A stretch of 25,629 bases of DNA from a virus (IMGVR_UViG_3300032303_000721:1-25629); one strand, 5' to 3'; counted from the stretch's first letter, positions 15,879-23,823 are shown. The notes: generated by a model from the letters alone, not told the origin. Numbers and translations are program-made.

Positions 15879-18800
15879 TTATTTTCCTAACGAACCAGCC
15901 GCGATTGAACCTGGGTTCAACAAGCGAATTGGAATGTAAATAAACTCAACGTCTTTCATTGGCTCAATAGCAATGTCAACATAAAGTTCATTTGCCGCAA
16001 TACGTGCTGGTGTGTTGTTTGTAGTATCACATACAACCAAGAAGTCATAGATACCACGTTTAGCAACCAAGTCATTCATTGCACCTTCAATTACACGCTT
16101 GATTTGATCACGTGTAATCTTGTCGTTTGGCTCAAACAAGAAGCCGTTACCAACCTTAGAAAAGATTGTACGGATGTAGTTTACCAAACGTGCAACATTG
16201 ACACGATCCATTGAACTGGCAAATGCATTACGAGTCTTTTGTCCCCATACTGCTAATCCAACTCCTGGTAGGATTGTAATTGGGTTAATTTTTTGTTGAT
16301 ACATGGCATCACGTAGGCCTTGGCTAACACCATTACGAGTAAACTCACCAGTTGCTTCGTTAATGTAACCAATGTCTGTGGCATTGTCAACTAGTCCACG
16401 GCGCACACCTGCTGGTGCAAACCAAGGGAAGCTGACACTGTCATTGCGAATAAATGTACGCAACATGATGTGGCTTGGTGGTACTACCACTGTGTTGCCT
16501 TTAACATCACTGGATTGTGCGCTTGGGTAGTAAACACCCAAGTACGGATCTGCTGTGCTTAGTCCGTCGCCATTTGTATTGTTACTCCAGTTAGTGATAG
16601 CCACTGCGTTTGGAGCCAATGTAAATGGTGTGTCACCAATAATAAATGCTGTGTTAGCACGGTCGTTGTTTAGGCCAACCATGTCATCAATCAACTCTTG
16701 GTATCCAGGAGCCGCAATGATGTTGAACGCAAATTGGTCTTCACGTAGTTCTGTACTGGCCGCAATAGCTGACTGCATGGCTTTAACAACCATGTTACGT
16801 TGTGCGGCTGGTCCGGCATACATGCTACCATCATTCTTATTACCACTTACTGTCTGCCATGTAGCGGCTACATCGGGTAAACTGCTACCTGCATTTGGAA
16901 CAGCAGGAGTGTCAGGGAAACTGGTAGAATTAAAATAGTCGCTGACATACTGCTTAACGTTAAAGCCACTGCGACGTGTGTTGAACAACAACATACCACG
17001 TGGATATAAACGATGATCAGGGGCGTCTTGATCAATATAATTGCTAGTTGTCAATGTAGCAATACTTGGGAACGAACCAGTCACAATGTTTGTTGTACCA
17101 TCTGTGTCCCAACGTGCATCAGCAAACAAAATACCGTTCTGGCTTGTTTGGTCTGTTTTGTCAATGGCCACAAATTTTGTGCCATTATAACGATATAGTG
17201 ATGGATAGTTGACCAAGTCACCTGAGTCTAACCATAAGTCACCGGCTGTTAACGCGGTATTGTCTGTTTGTGTAGTTGGTTCACTGGCACTAACAATGAC
17301 ACCACTGGGGTCGGTGTTGGTCAAATTATATCCACGAGCATCACTAGTTGGGTTGCGATAACCCTTCCAACCTGAGTTGTTGATCATAATATCAACATCA
17401 GCCGCATCACCGTAGTACCATAATGTACCATCTGACGGTTCTTGATATGGTGTAGAGAAACTGTATGTATATGTTTGGGAAGGTGTCCAGTTACTTAATA
17501 CCAAACCGGGAGTTGCCGGATCAGCACTTATACCAGTTGTACTGGTAGTAAAACCAGCTGTTGTTAACGGTGTGCCTGTAACATTATTAAGAATAATCTC
17601 GCCACCTAGTTCGTGTTTGATAGTAACCGCACCAGCTGAGCCAACACTAGCAGTAACATAAGGAATGTTTTGTGCTAAAATTGCGGCCACAAAGTCAGCT
17701 GTTGTTGTGCCACCTAGTGTACAAGTATAACTACCAAGTGTAGTTGTACCTAAATCAGTGGCTTGTAGTGTAAAGCTATTACCAACAGTAAATGCCGCAC
17801 TAGGTATACCTGTTACACTAGTCATTGGTCCTGCTTTACGGAACATTAATCTAACACCCAACAAATTGGTGTTGCTAGAGCTTACTGTATAACGAGCATA
17901 GATTGATCCTTCGGATATTCCGTTGCCGCCACCCGACAAATCTAAATTGTATATAGCAGATGCACTATTAGAATAAACTGGTACCGCTACCGAATTCCAG
18001 GAATCAGCTGTGACATTGTATTGCTTGACTGCAATATTCATCCCGTTGCCTTGTACACTGGTCTTTATATAGACGGAGCCGCTTGGAGCAGACACCGTAT
18101 CGCTAGACAACCAACTTGGAATATTTACATAACTGCCACGTGATATTTGTGGGCTGTAATATGTACCAGCAGTGATACCTGCTTTGGACAATGGAGTACC
18201 TGGGCCGTCGATTAAAATAACTTTACCGTCTGCTGTACTGCCTGTGCTTTTAGCATAACTAGTGGCGTAAATCTTTAGTACGCCACTAGCACCAGAAGCT
18301 GTTACACCAGAAATTGCGGCATCATTGATCTTAGTTGCGATTGCCGACACAGTGGTTGCAGTGGTCAATGATATATTAGATGTATTAATAGTCATGAATG
18401 CATTGGCTGTGAATGCCGCTGGTGCTGTGCCAGTGACCGTAGGCCATGCTTGTTGCCATACGTTTCCACCAACTTGTGTCCACGTGTTGCTAGGAGTTTT
18501 ATAAAATACCGTGTTGTCTGTGCTGGCAACAACAACTGCATAACTGCCAATGGTACCAATTGATGCTTTCGGTGTTCCAGAGGTTAAATCTGTAGTGTCA
18601 GTAATAATAATAGGTGTTTCACGAGTAAACGCACCAGCAGAGGCGTCCCACTCATTGATTCCCCATGTGGTGCTGTTTAAATCCATCCAGTATGTGCCAT
18701 CTTCAGGAGGGCTGTCGGGTCGGTTACTTGTAGCATCTAATTGATCCAAGTCAATATCGGCACGAACAGCATACAAACTGTTAGCGGCACCCAGGGCGCT

Positions 18801-19094
18801 GTGAGCGGCTAACAAGCCGTATTCGTTTTGTTCGTTGCCATGCAATGGTGTACCTGAACTGCTTTGTTTGAAAGTAGCGTAACCAAGTGCGGCCGCCAAT
18901 TCTCTTTGACTAGTAAACGATTGTAGTTTACCTGCATTGCTTGATGTTGTGCCGTATGCGGCAGTACCATCTGGGGCTGTTTTGTCTTGTGCTGTTGCCA
19001 GAATGACTAAAGGTACTGTACCCGCCGCTGTTGACACATAGGCGCTCATGTCGGTTACTGTAATACTTTGTCCTGGTGAAACTAATGAAGCCAT
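15879..19094 (-). CDS. gp18: Tail sheath protein, gp18-like, with large central insertions (1071 aa)
   Basis: N-terminal LVSPG.SIT..D; C-terminal PWFAPAG..RG, RDAMYQ.KINPI, WGQKT, DRVNVARL, FLFEPND..TR, VVCDTTNNTP, IEPMKDVEFIYIP. Confidence 0.95.
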   Translation of the reverse strand: MASLVSPGQSITVTDMSAYVSTAAGTVPLVILATAQDKTAPDGTAAYGTTSSNAGKLQSFTSQRELAAALGYATFKQSSSGTPLHGNEQNEYGLLAAHSALGAANSLYAVRADIDLDQLDATSNRPDSPPEDGTYWMDLNSTTWGINEWDASAGAFTRETPIIITDTTDLTSGTPKASIGTIGSYAVVVASTDNTVFYKTPSNTWTQVGGNVWQQAWPTVTGTAPAAFTANAFMTINTSNISLTTATTVSAIATKINDAAISGVTASGASGVLKIYATSYAKSTGSTADGKVILIDGPGTPLSKAGITAGTYYSPQISRGSYVNIPSWLSSDTVSAPSGSVYIKTSVQGNGMNIAVKQYNVTADSWNSVAVPVYSNSASAIYNLDLSGGGNGISEGSIYARYTVSSSNTNLLGVRLMFRKAGPMTSVTGIPSAAFTVGNSFTLQATDLGTTTLGSYTCTLGGTTTADFVAAILAQNIPYVTASVGSAGAVTIKHELGGEIILNNVTGTPLTTAGFTTSTTGISADPATPGLVLSNWTPSQTYTYSFSTPYQEPSDGTLWYYGDAADVDIMINNSGWKGYRNPTSDARGYNLTNTDPSGVIVSASEPTTQTDNTALTAGDLWLDSGDLVNYPSLYRYNGTKFVAIDKTDQTSQNGILFADARWDTDGTTNIVTGSFPSIATLTTSNYIDQDAPDHRLYPRGMLLFNTRRSGFNVKQYVSDYFNSTSFPDTPAVPNAGSSLPDVAATWQTVSGNKNDGSMYAGPAAQRNMVVKAMQSAIAASTELREDQFAFNIIAAPGYQELIDDMVGLNNDRANTAFIIGDTPFTLAPNAVAITNWSNNTNGDGLSTADPYLGVYYPSAQSSDVKGNTVVVPPSHIMLRTFIRNDSVSFPWFAPAGVRRGLVDNATDIGYINEATGEFTRNGVSQGLRDAMYQQKINPITILPGVGLAVWGQKTRNAFASSMDRVNVARLVNYIRTIFSKVGNGFLFEPNDKITRDQIKRVIEGAMNDLVAKRGIYDFLVVCDTTNNTPARIAANELYVDIAIEPMKDVEFIYIPIRLLNPGSIAAGSLGK

Positions 19095-19130
19095 ATTATT
19101 TTTCCTTTACATAATAGGTTATGTTAATGA

Positions 19131-19137
19131 TATTTAT
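19131..19137 (-). promoter_or_regulatory. Late promoter box ATAAATA for the tail sheath
   Basis: Intergenic; followed by a short hairpin and an AAAGGA SD. Confidence 0.65.
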
Positions 19138-19189
19138 TCATATACGCTAATTTTAGGCGGTTAGGTTGCCCTTTGCAAAGGTTTATATG

Positions 19190-19197
19190 TATAAATA
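19190..19197 (+). promoter_or_regulatory. Exact T4 late promoter TATAAATA, 4 nt before ATG 19202
   Basis: gTATAAATA cagt ATG. Confidence 0.7.
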
Positions 19198-19201
19198 CAG
19201 T

Positions 19202-19552
19202 ATGTCCGAACGCCCATTGTGCCCTACTTGCTTTGAAAAGCCAGTGGCCATCAACTATCTGTCAGAAGATACCGTGCATTATCGTAGTGTGTGCGATACT
19301 TGTGCCCGCAAAGGTAAGAAATTAAAGCCGTTGCCGCCGCAGTGGTTTAAACGGGGCTATAGAAAAAAGCCACAATGTGATCAATGTGGCTTTGCTTTCC
19401 GATTCCCAGACCAAAGCCTGGTTTATCATGTAGACGGGAATTTGAACAACTGTGATCACAACAACTTGAAAACAGTTTGCTTGAACTGCAGGGTAGCTAT
19501 CAGTAAAGGCCGGGTGGGATGGAAGCCTGCCAAGGTAGTACAAGATTTTTAA
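19202..19552 (+). CDS. Zinc-binding HNH-like protein (four CxxC pairs)
   Basis: CPTC, CDTC, CDQC, CLNC with YHVDGNLNN...NL..VCLNC. Start moved to ATG 19202. Confidence 0.75.
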   Translation: MSERPLCPTCFEKPVAINYLSEDTVHYRSVCDTCARKGKKLKPLPPQWFKRGYRKKPQCDQCGFAFRFPDQSLVYHVDGNLNNCDHNNLKTVCLNCRVAISKGRVGWKPAKVVQDF

Positions 19553-20144
19553 GTTGATTATACAGGTGTTCAATGCTTTTGTTATTGTCAACAACCGCAT
19601 CAAAATCGGTGCCTGCCCATGAATATTCGCTGGCATGTATCTTTTGCTCTGTTAACCAATTTTGTGCATTTGCACTGCCTTTGTTAGCTTGTGCCGCAAT
19701 GTCATACCAGTGTGGTGTTATGCCACGCTGTATCCATACTATCTGCCCGCCTTGCTGTTTTAGCCCCTTAATTTCGTTTGGAAAACGACAATCGCTAATA
19801 ACAACATTGTCCTTGGCTGTACGCAGTTTGTTTTCTAAGCTGGCAATCCAAATGTCATCATGAAAGTGTTGGCGTAACACATCCGTGCCCCAGTATTGTA
19901 GGATCCATCGCGGGGTAATGGGCATTCCTAGTCTAGTGGTCCACCAGGCATCTTCAGTTTCACGCCATTCACGGCTTTCTTTTGTGCGACCTTCTAGCAT
20001 GTCACGGTCCCATCCAAACACATTGGCCACAGCATCTTTGAGTGTGGCCGCAAAACTTTCACGTTTAAATCCGTGAAAGTTAACCAAGTAGTCTGCCGCA
20101 GTATCTTTGCCTGAGCCAATAAAACCGCAAATCCCAATGATCAT
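19500..20144 (-). CDS. Deoxynucleoside monophosphate kinase (T4 gp1-like)
   Basis: IIGICGFIGSGKDT P-loop, SFA..LKD, TPRWILQYWGTD, VVISDCRFPNE, HASE. Confidence 0.92.
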   Translation of the reverse strand: MIIGICGFIGSGKDTAADYLVNFHGFKRESFAATLKDAVANVFGWDRDMLEGRTKESREWRETEDAWWTTRLGMPITPRWILQYWGTDVLRQHFHDDIWIASLENKLRTAKDNVVISDCRFPNEIKGLKQQGGQIVWIQRGITPHWYDIAAQANKGSANAQNWLTEQKIHASEYSWAGTDFDAVVDNNKSIEHLYNQLKNLVLPWQASIPPGLY

Positions 20145-20146
20145 AA

Positions 20147-20196
20147 AAAATGCTCCTATTACAGAGCATTTTAACGTATTTGTACAACAAGGTCAA
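20147..20196 (-). promoter_or_regulatory. Sigma70 promoter (TTGACC-17bp-TAAAAT) overlapping an SD-sequestering, terminator-like hairpin
   Basis: -35 at 20191-20196 and -10 at 20168-20173; hairpin AAAATGCTC-TGTAATAG-GAGCATTTT followed by TT ATG. Confidence 0.7.
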
Positions 20197-20198
20197 CT

Positions 20199-20894
20199 TT
20201 AACAATTCCATTTACGGAGTGCTAGAGCTTTTCTTGTGGGTTTGCCATTGGGTTTCTTCATTGGGCCTTTTACACCGCCCATTCTTGCACAGAAACTCTT
20301 ACGGCGTTTGGCCGCTTTTGATCCAGGCTTGAGCTTTGAGGGCTTGGTGGTCACTGCCATTTGTAGTTTAGATCCAGGATTCTCTCTACGGTAACTGGCA
20401 ACACCTTTGGCGTTGAGCCCGCCCTTTTTGCTTTTGCCTGCACTGCGGCGCCAGGCCGCACTTTCGTCTAACAACTCGTGATCATCAACACCTTCAAGGT
20501 CTTCCCAAATCTGTTCGGCATCAACTCCGTGATGCAGGGCAAATGCTTCTACCATGTCTTCGATCTGATCAAATTGTTCTTCAATACTTTCATTGGGCAC
20601 ACAGTTACGAACCTGGCCGCCATTCTTGCCCTTCTTGGTGCCTTCGGCATGCTTGCCAGGCCAACACTTGGTATATCCATTTGAGTCTTTGGCACCTTTT
20701 GCAATCTCGTTGATGTTGCCGTGTGTTTGGCACATGCCGCAATCTTCACAGGTCATTTCCATTTCAATGGATTCCGTGTGTTTTTTCTTGCCGGCGCAAT
20801 GAGCTTTTTGTGAAAATCCCTTAGGGTGCGAGCAGTTGATACTGCTCTTGTACTTTTGACTCCACAACTCTGTAATTACTTCATTAATTTTCAT
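20199..20894 (-). CDS. Modular basic/Cys-containing phage protein with an MKINEVITE N-terminus; candidate internal head protein
   Basis: Starts 3 nt after the gp13 stop. Alternating basic Cys-pair modules and acidic spacers; C-terminal GGLN.KG..SY...RRKSFCARM...ALRKWNC module. Confidence 0.8.
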   Translation of the reverse strand: MKINEVITELWSQKYKSSINCSHPKGFSQKAHCAGKKKHTESIEMEMTCEDCGMCQTHGNINEIAKGAKDSNGYTKCWPGKHAEGTKKGKNGGQVRNCVPNESIEEQFDQIEDMVEAFALHHGVDAEQIWEDLEGVDDHELLDESAAWRRSAGKSKKGGLNAKGVASYRRENPGSKLQMAVTTKPSKLKPGSKAAKRRKSFCARMGGVKGPMKKPNGKPTRKALALRKWNC

Positions 20895-20897
20895 ATA

Positions 20898-22031
20898 TTA
20901 TCCTGTTACCCAAGTCATGGGCATATTGCCTTCAATATTGTTTATAAGTTGCTTTTCTAAATCTTCCATTTCTGCGGCGGCTTCGGTCTTGAGTGCATCA
21001 CCATTCAGACTTGCACCGCCCTGTGGGCCTGCAATTTGGTTAAACTTGCTACGTGCTTCGCCCAAGATGCGTTTGGCAAACGAGTAGGCATACTCTTGTA
21101 ACCAGGGAAATGCATAAGGATCGTTAAACAACATTTGGTCTGGCTTCTTGTTGTAGATCCAAAGTAATACACCTTCAGCAAATTTGTCCACAGTGTTGCT
21201 GTAAACTGTGGTTTTACTCAAGTCAAAGCCTGTGATGGCTGTATGTGTCAACGTCTTGCCAGCCTCTACTGTAAACACAGTATGTGTGTCATTGCGTGTT
21301 AGTATAGGGTACATGCCAGTATAGCCGTGATCCGGGCAATCACTGATAATTATGGTGTCGCCCACATCCGCCATGTAGGCAACTCCTGTGGTTATTGTGA
21401 TTGTGCTACCTGCTGTGAGTCCGCTAGATGTCAAAGAGGCCAATCTAGCTGTGGTGTGCCCTGCATTGGGTATCTTACGTGTTAATGTTATTTTCTTTGT
21501 TACTGGATTGAATGTGTACGTAATGTAACCACCAAACATGACCATTGCTAACTTTTGATAATCAGCAAACAGTTCAAAGTTTAGCAATCCACCAACACGA
21601 CCTGCCACCAACATGTAAGTGTTTAGGAAGCCCGATGAAAATGGTTCAAATTGAGTGGCTGTATTTCCCACACCCGATCCAATGCCTCTTCGGAACACTT
21701 GACGCACACTCATGATTTCGTCGGGTAGGATGTATTCTTGTGTTTCTGGTAGTAGGTCCAAGAAAGCATAGCTCTCTTCCACAGCATTGGCACTACGTTG
21801 ACGGTATTTTAACAATGCCTGCTTGATGGACATTTCGTAGTGTTCTTTTTCTAGTTCAACATCCACAATACCATCACCCAGACGCATACGAATGTAGTCG
21901 GTTATTTCTGCTCGTTTAGCATTTGAGCTGTCGTATAAAGAAGCGTTATATGCTATAGGTCCCGGGCCTGCAAGGCTATCGGCAGTTATGCTACCTGTAC
22001 CTGACAGTCCGGGTTTAATTGTTACACTCAT
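20898..22031 (-). CDS. gp13: Neck protein, T4 gp13-like
   Basis: ITDYIRMRLG..IVDVEL at the N-terminus; WLQEY...AKRILG..RSKF..IAGPQGG.SLNG..L..EA at the C-terminus. Confidence 0.85.
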   Translation of the reverse strand: MSVTIKPGLSGTGSITADSLAGPGPIAYNASLYDSSNAKRAEITDYIRMRLGDGIVDVELEKEHYEMSIKQALLKYRQRSANAVEESYAFLDLLPETQEYILPDEIMSVRQVFRRGIGSGVGNTATQFEPFSSGFLNTYMLVAGRVGGLLNFELFADYQKLAMVMFGGYITYTFNPVTKKITLTRKIPNAGHTTARLASLTSSGLTAGSTITITTGVAYMADVGDTIIISDCPDHGYTGMYPILTRNDTHTVFTVEAGKTLTHTAITGFDLSKTTVYSNTVDKFAEGVLLWIYNKKPDQMLFNDPYAFPWLQEYAYSFAKRILGEARSKFNQIAGPQGGASLNGDALKTEAAAEMEDLEKQLINNIEGNMPMTWVTG

Positions 22032-22080
22032 AGGAAATCCTGTTTACAGTATTTATTACCGCAACAGGATTCCTATTTAT
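22030..22080 (-). promoter_or_regulatory. Hairpin occluding the gp13 SD/start codon, with a late promoter ATAAATA (22050-22056) in its loop
   Basis: Minus strand ATAGGAATCCTGTT gcggta ATAAATA ctgta AACAGGATTTCCTATG; a second ATAAATA lies at 22074-22080. Confidence 0.72.
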
Positions 22081-23246
22081 TGCACTCGTAGCAGTACTAT
22101 ATCAGCGTTAATTCGCCCGGTCAACAGCGTTTCTGTGGCACGGATATCTTCTAAGAACTTGCGTAACTGTACTTTACCTGCTTTGGCAAACTCAATCAGT
22201 TTCTCCTCAGGTTTACGTAACGTTTTACTGGTGCTCTTTTGCTCATCAAAATTGATGATCGTAGTACCTTTGACACTGAGTGTTTGATAACTTGCGGCCA
22301 CATACTTGCCCAACTTGCGTGTCTTTGTGTTGTACACCCATAACTCGCTGGCTCCCAGAATGTCTGCAGGGTTAATGGACACAATCTTTAATGCTGTGTC
22401 AGTTTTTGCATACTTGAGCTTGGCAATTAGTTTTTCCTTGCTTGGTGCTTTCTTAACACGGGCTTTTTTGGTGGCTTTCTTGACTCCACGATACTGTTCC
22501 ACTGCCGCAAGTAAGTTGTCAATCCAGGTGAACATGCGTTTAAAGTCAGCAGTCTTGTAATTGCTGTAACCTTCTCGCACTTGTTCGTCTTTTTTACTCT
22601 GGGCAAGTTCCAATTCTGTTCGTCGGTTGCCGAAAAGTGTTTCGTACTTGCCAAGTTGGCTTTGCACAACATTGTTAGCCACCAAAAAGTCATAGGGTTT
22701 AAAATCAACCTTGTTGTTCAAGTGTACTTCATCGTATACACCCTCAAGTTCTCCAAGTATTTCACTGGTGCGCTCACTTAATCGGTCTTGGATAGTGGGA
22801 CGATATACTTCTACTTTTGTAACAACAACTTCAATTGCCTCTGGCTCTGCTAGTTTAACAGCCTCTCCAATTGCTTCTTTTAAGAAATCAGTATGACGTG
22901 CCTTTAAAGGCATACCTTGACGATGTGCCATTACCAAACTACATGCAGTCATTGACAACGAACGGTCAGATGCACGGATAAACGCACCAACGTCTCGCTT
23001 AGTGAATACTGTTGTTTGTTTTTGCATCCATTCAACCACATATTTTTTACAATCTTTTTGACTGTAGTGATAATTGTAGTAGTAGAAACTACGGCGCAAG
23101 TGGTGATCAAAATCTGCGTCCGAGAATCCCAATGCTCGTTCGGTATCCCAGACTGGCTCACTGCCGGTGTACTTTTCATCAGCAAACTTGACCCGATGAA
23201 CCTTGGGTGCTTTTGATTTAATCTTAATGCCTGCTACTGTAGCCAT
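22077..23246 (-). CDS. Hypothetical phage protein (389 aa, basic C-terminal domain)
   Basis: Long ORF, TAATG-coupled to the upstream gene with an AGGAG SD; C-terminus LWVYNTKTRKL...SVKGTTI...KTLRKP...GRIN. Confidence 0.82.
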   Translation of the reverse strand: MATVAGIKIKSKAPKVHRVKFADEKYTGSEPVWDTERALGFSDADFDHHLRRSFYYYNYHYSQKDCKKYVVEWMQKQTTVFTKRDVGAFIRASDRSLSMTACSLVMAHRQGMPLKARHTDFLKEAIGEAVKLAEPEAIEVVVTKVEVYRPTIQDRLSERTSEILGELEGVYDEVHLNNKVDFKPYDFLVANNVVQSQLGKYETLFGNRRTELELAQSKKDEQVREGYSNYKTADFKRMFTWIDNLLAAVEQYRGVKKATKKARVKKAPSKEKLIAKLKYAKTDTALKIVSINPADILGASELWVYNTKTRKLGKYVAASYQTLSVKGTTIINFDEQKSTSKTLRKPEEKLIEFAKAGKVQLRKFLEDIRATETLLTGRINADIVLLRVQ

Positions 23247-23476
23247 TACTTTCGCTCCTTTTTAACTCGGCCAATACGGCCGGCTTTGTTCCAATCATAT
23301 GAAATTCCATCGGGACATTTTCCGTTCCGAACAGAATCCACACCAAACTTACCCACAATTTCAAATCCGTTGCCTACAATAGTAACGAATTCATCGAGCA
23401 CTCGGGCTTGCGCCATTGCCAAATCCAAATCATCAAATTCTTGTTCTTGGGTTTTTGTTATTAATTTATACATCAT
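23246..23476 (-). CDS. Small hypothetical early protein (76 aa)
   Basis: Start moved to ATG 23476 (MMYKLITK), directly downstream of a consensus sigma70 promoter. Confidence 0.7.
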   Translation of the reverse strand: MMYKLITKTQEQEFDDLDLAMAQARVLDEFVTIVGNGFEIVGKFGVDSVRNGKCPDGISYDWNKAGRIGRVKKERK

Positions 23477-23482
23477 ACCCGT

Positions 23483-23511
23483 ATTATAGCAAATTAACCA
23501 TTTTGTGTCAA
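23483..23511 (-). promoter_or_regulatory. Perfect sigma70 promoter TTGACA-17bp-TATAAT with extended -10 TGn
   Basis: TTGACA caaaatggttaatttgc TATAAT acgggt ATG. Confidence 0.9.
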
Positions 23512-23775
23512 TTAGTACATTAGTGCGGCCATTACAGCCCACTGCTCAAATGTGTTAATGGCCTCTGTGTATTCGGCTTGTAATTCTATGTACTTTTGTG
23601 TTAATTTATTCCTGCGCCTGCACGCCACCATTTCTTTGTCCATTTTGGTGTAAATTTCACGGCAGTTTTTGTAAAACTTGTACAATGTACTACGGGCACG
23701 AATGTCCTTGGTGTGAGAAACTGATGCTAGAAGCTCCTCTAGTTTGGCAATATGGGCTTCGTGTTGTAGTTGCAT
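23512..23775 (-). CDS. Small helical hypothetical early protein (87 aa)
   Basis: ORF directly downstream of a consensus sigma70 promoter. Confidence 0.72.
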   Translation of the reverse strand: MQLQHEAHIAKLEELLASVSHTKDIRARSTLYKFYKNCREIYTKMDKEMVACRRRNKLTQKYIELQAEYTEAINTFEQWAVMAALMY

Positions 23776-23783
23776 AAGTGCGT

Positions 23784-23812
23784 ATTATACGATAAAAGCC
23801 AATACATGTCAA
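23784..23812 (-). promoter_or_regulatory. Perfect sigma70 promoter TTGACA-17bp-TATAAT
   Basis: TTGACA tgtattggcttttatcg TATAAT acgcactt ATG. Confidence 0.9.
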
Positions 23813-23816
23813 ACCC

Positions 23817-23823
23817 ATAAATA
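23817..23823 (+). promoter_or_regulatory. Late promoter box ATAAATA for the gp14-gp15 operon
   Basis: ccATAAATActacaaTAAGGAacaagcATG; back-to-back with the sigma70 promoter. Confidence 0.7.

Noticed and set aside
1033-23216. Many 60-210 aa ORFs antisense or out-of-frame to long genes (e.g. 4871..5512, 7627..8148, 11827..12318, 13460..13756, 16555..16938)
   Set aside because: They are shadow ORFs of well-supported genes, with no SD, promoter or recognisable motif.
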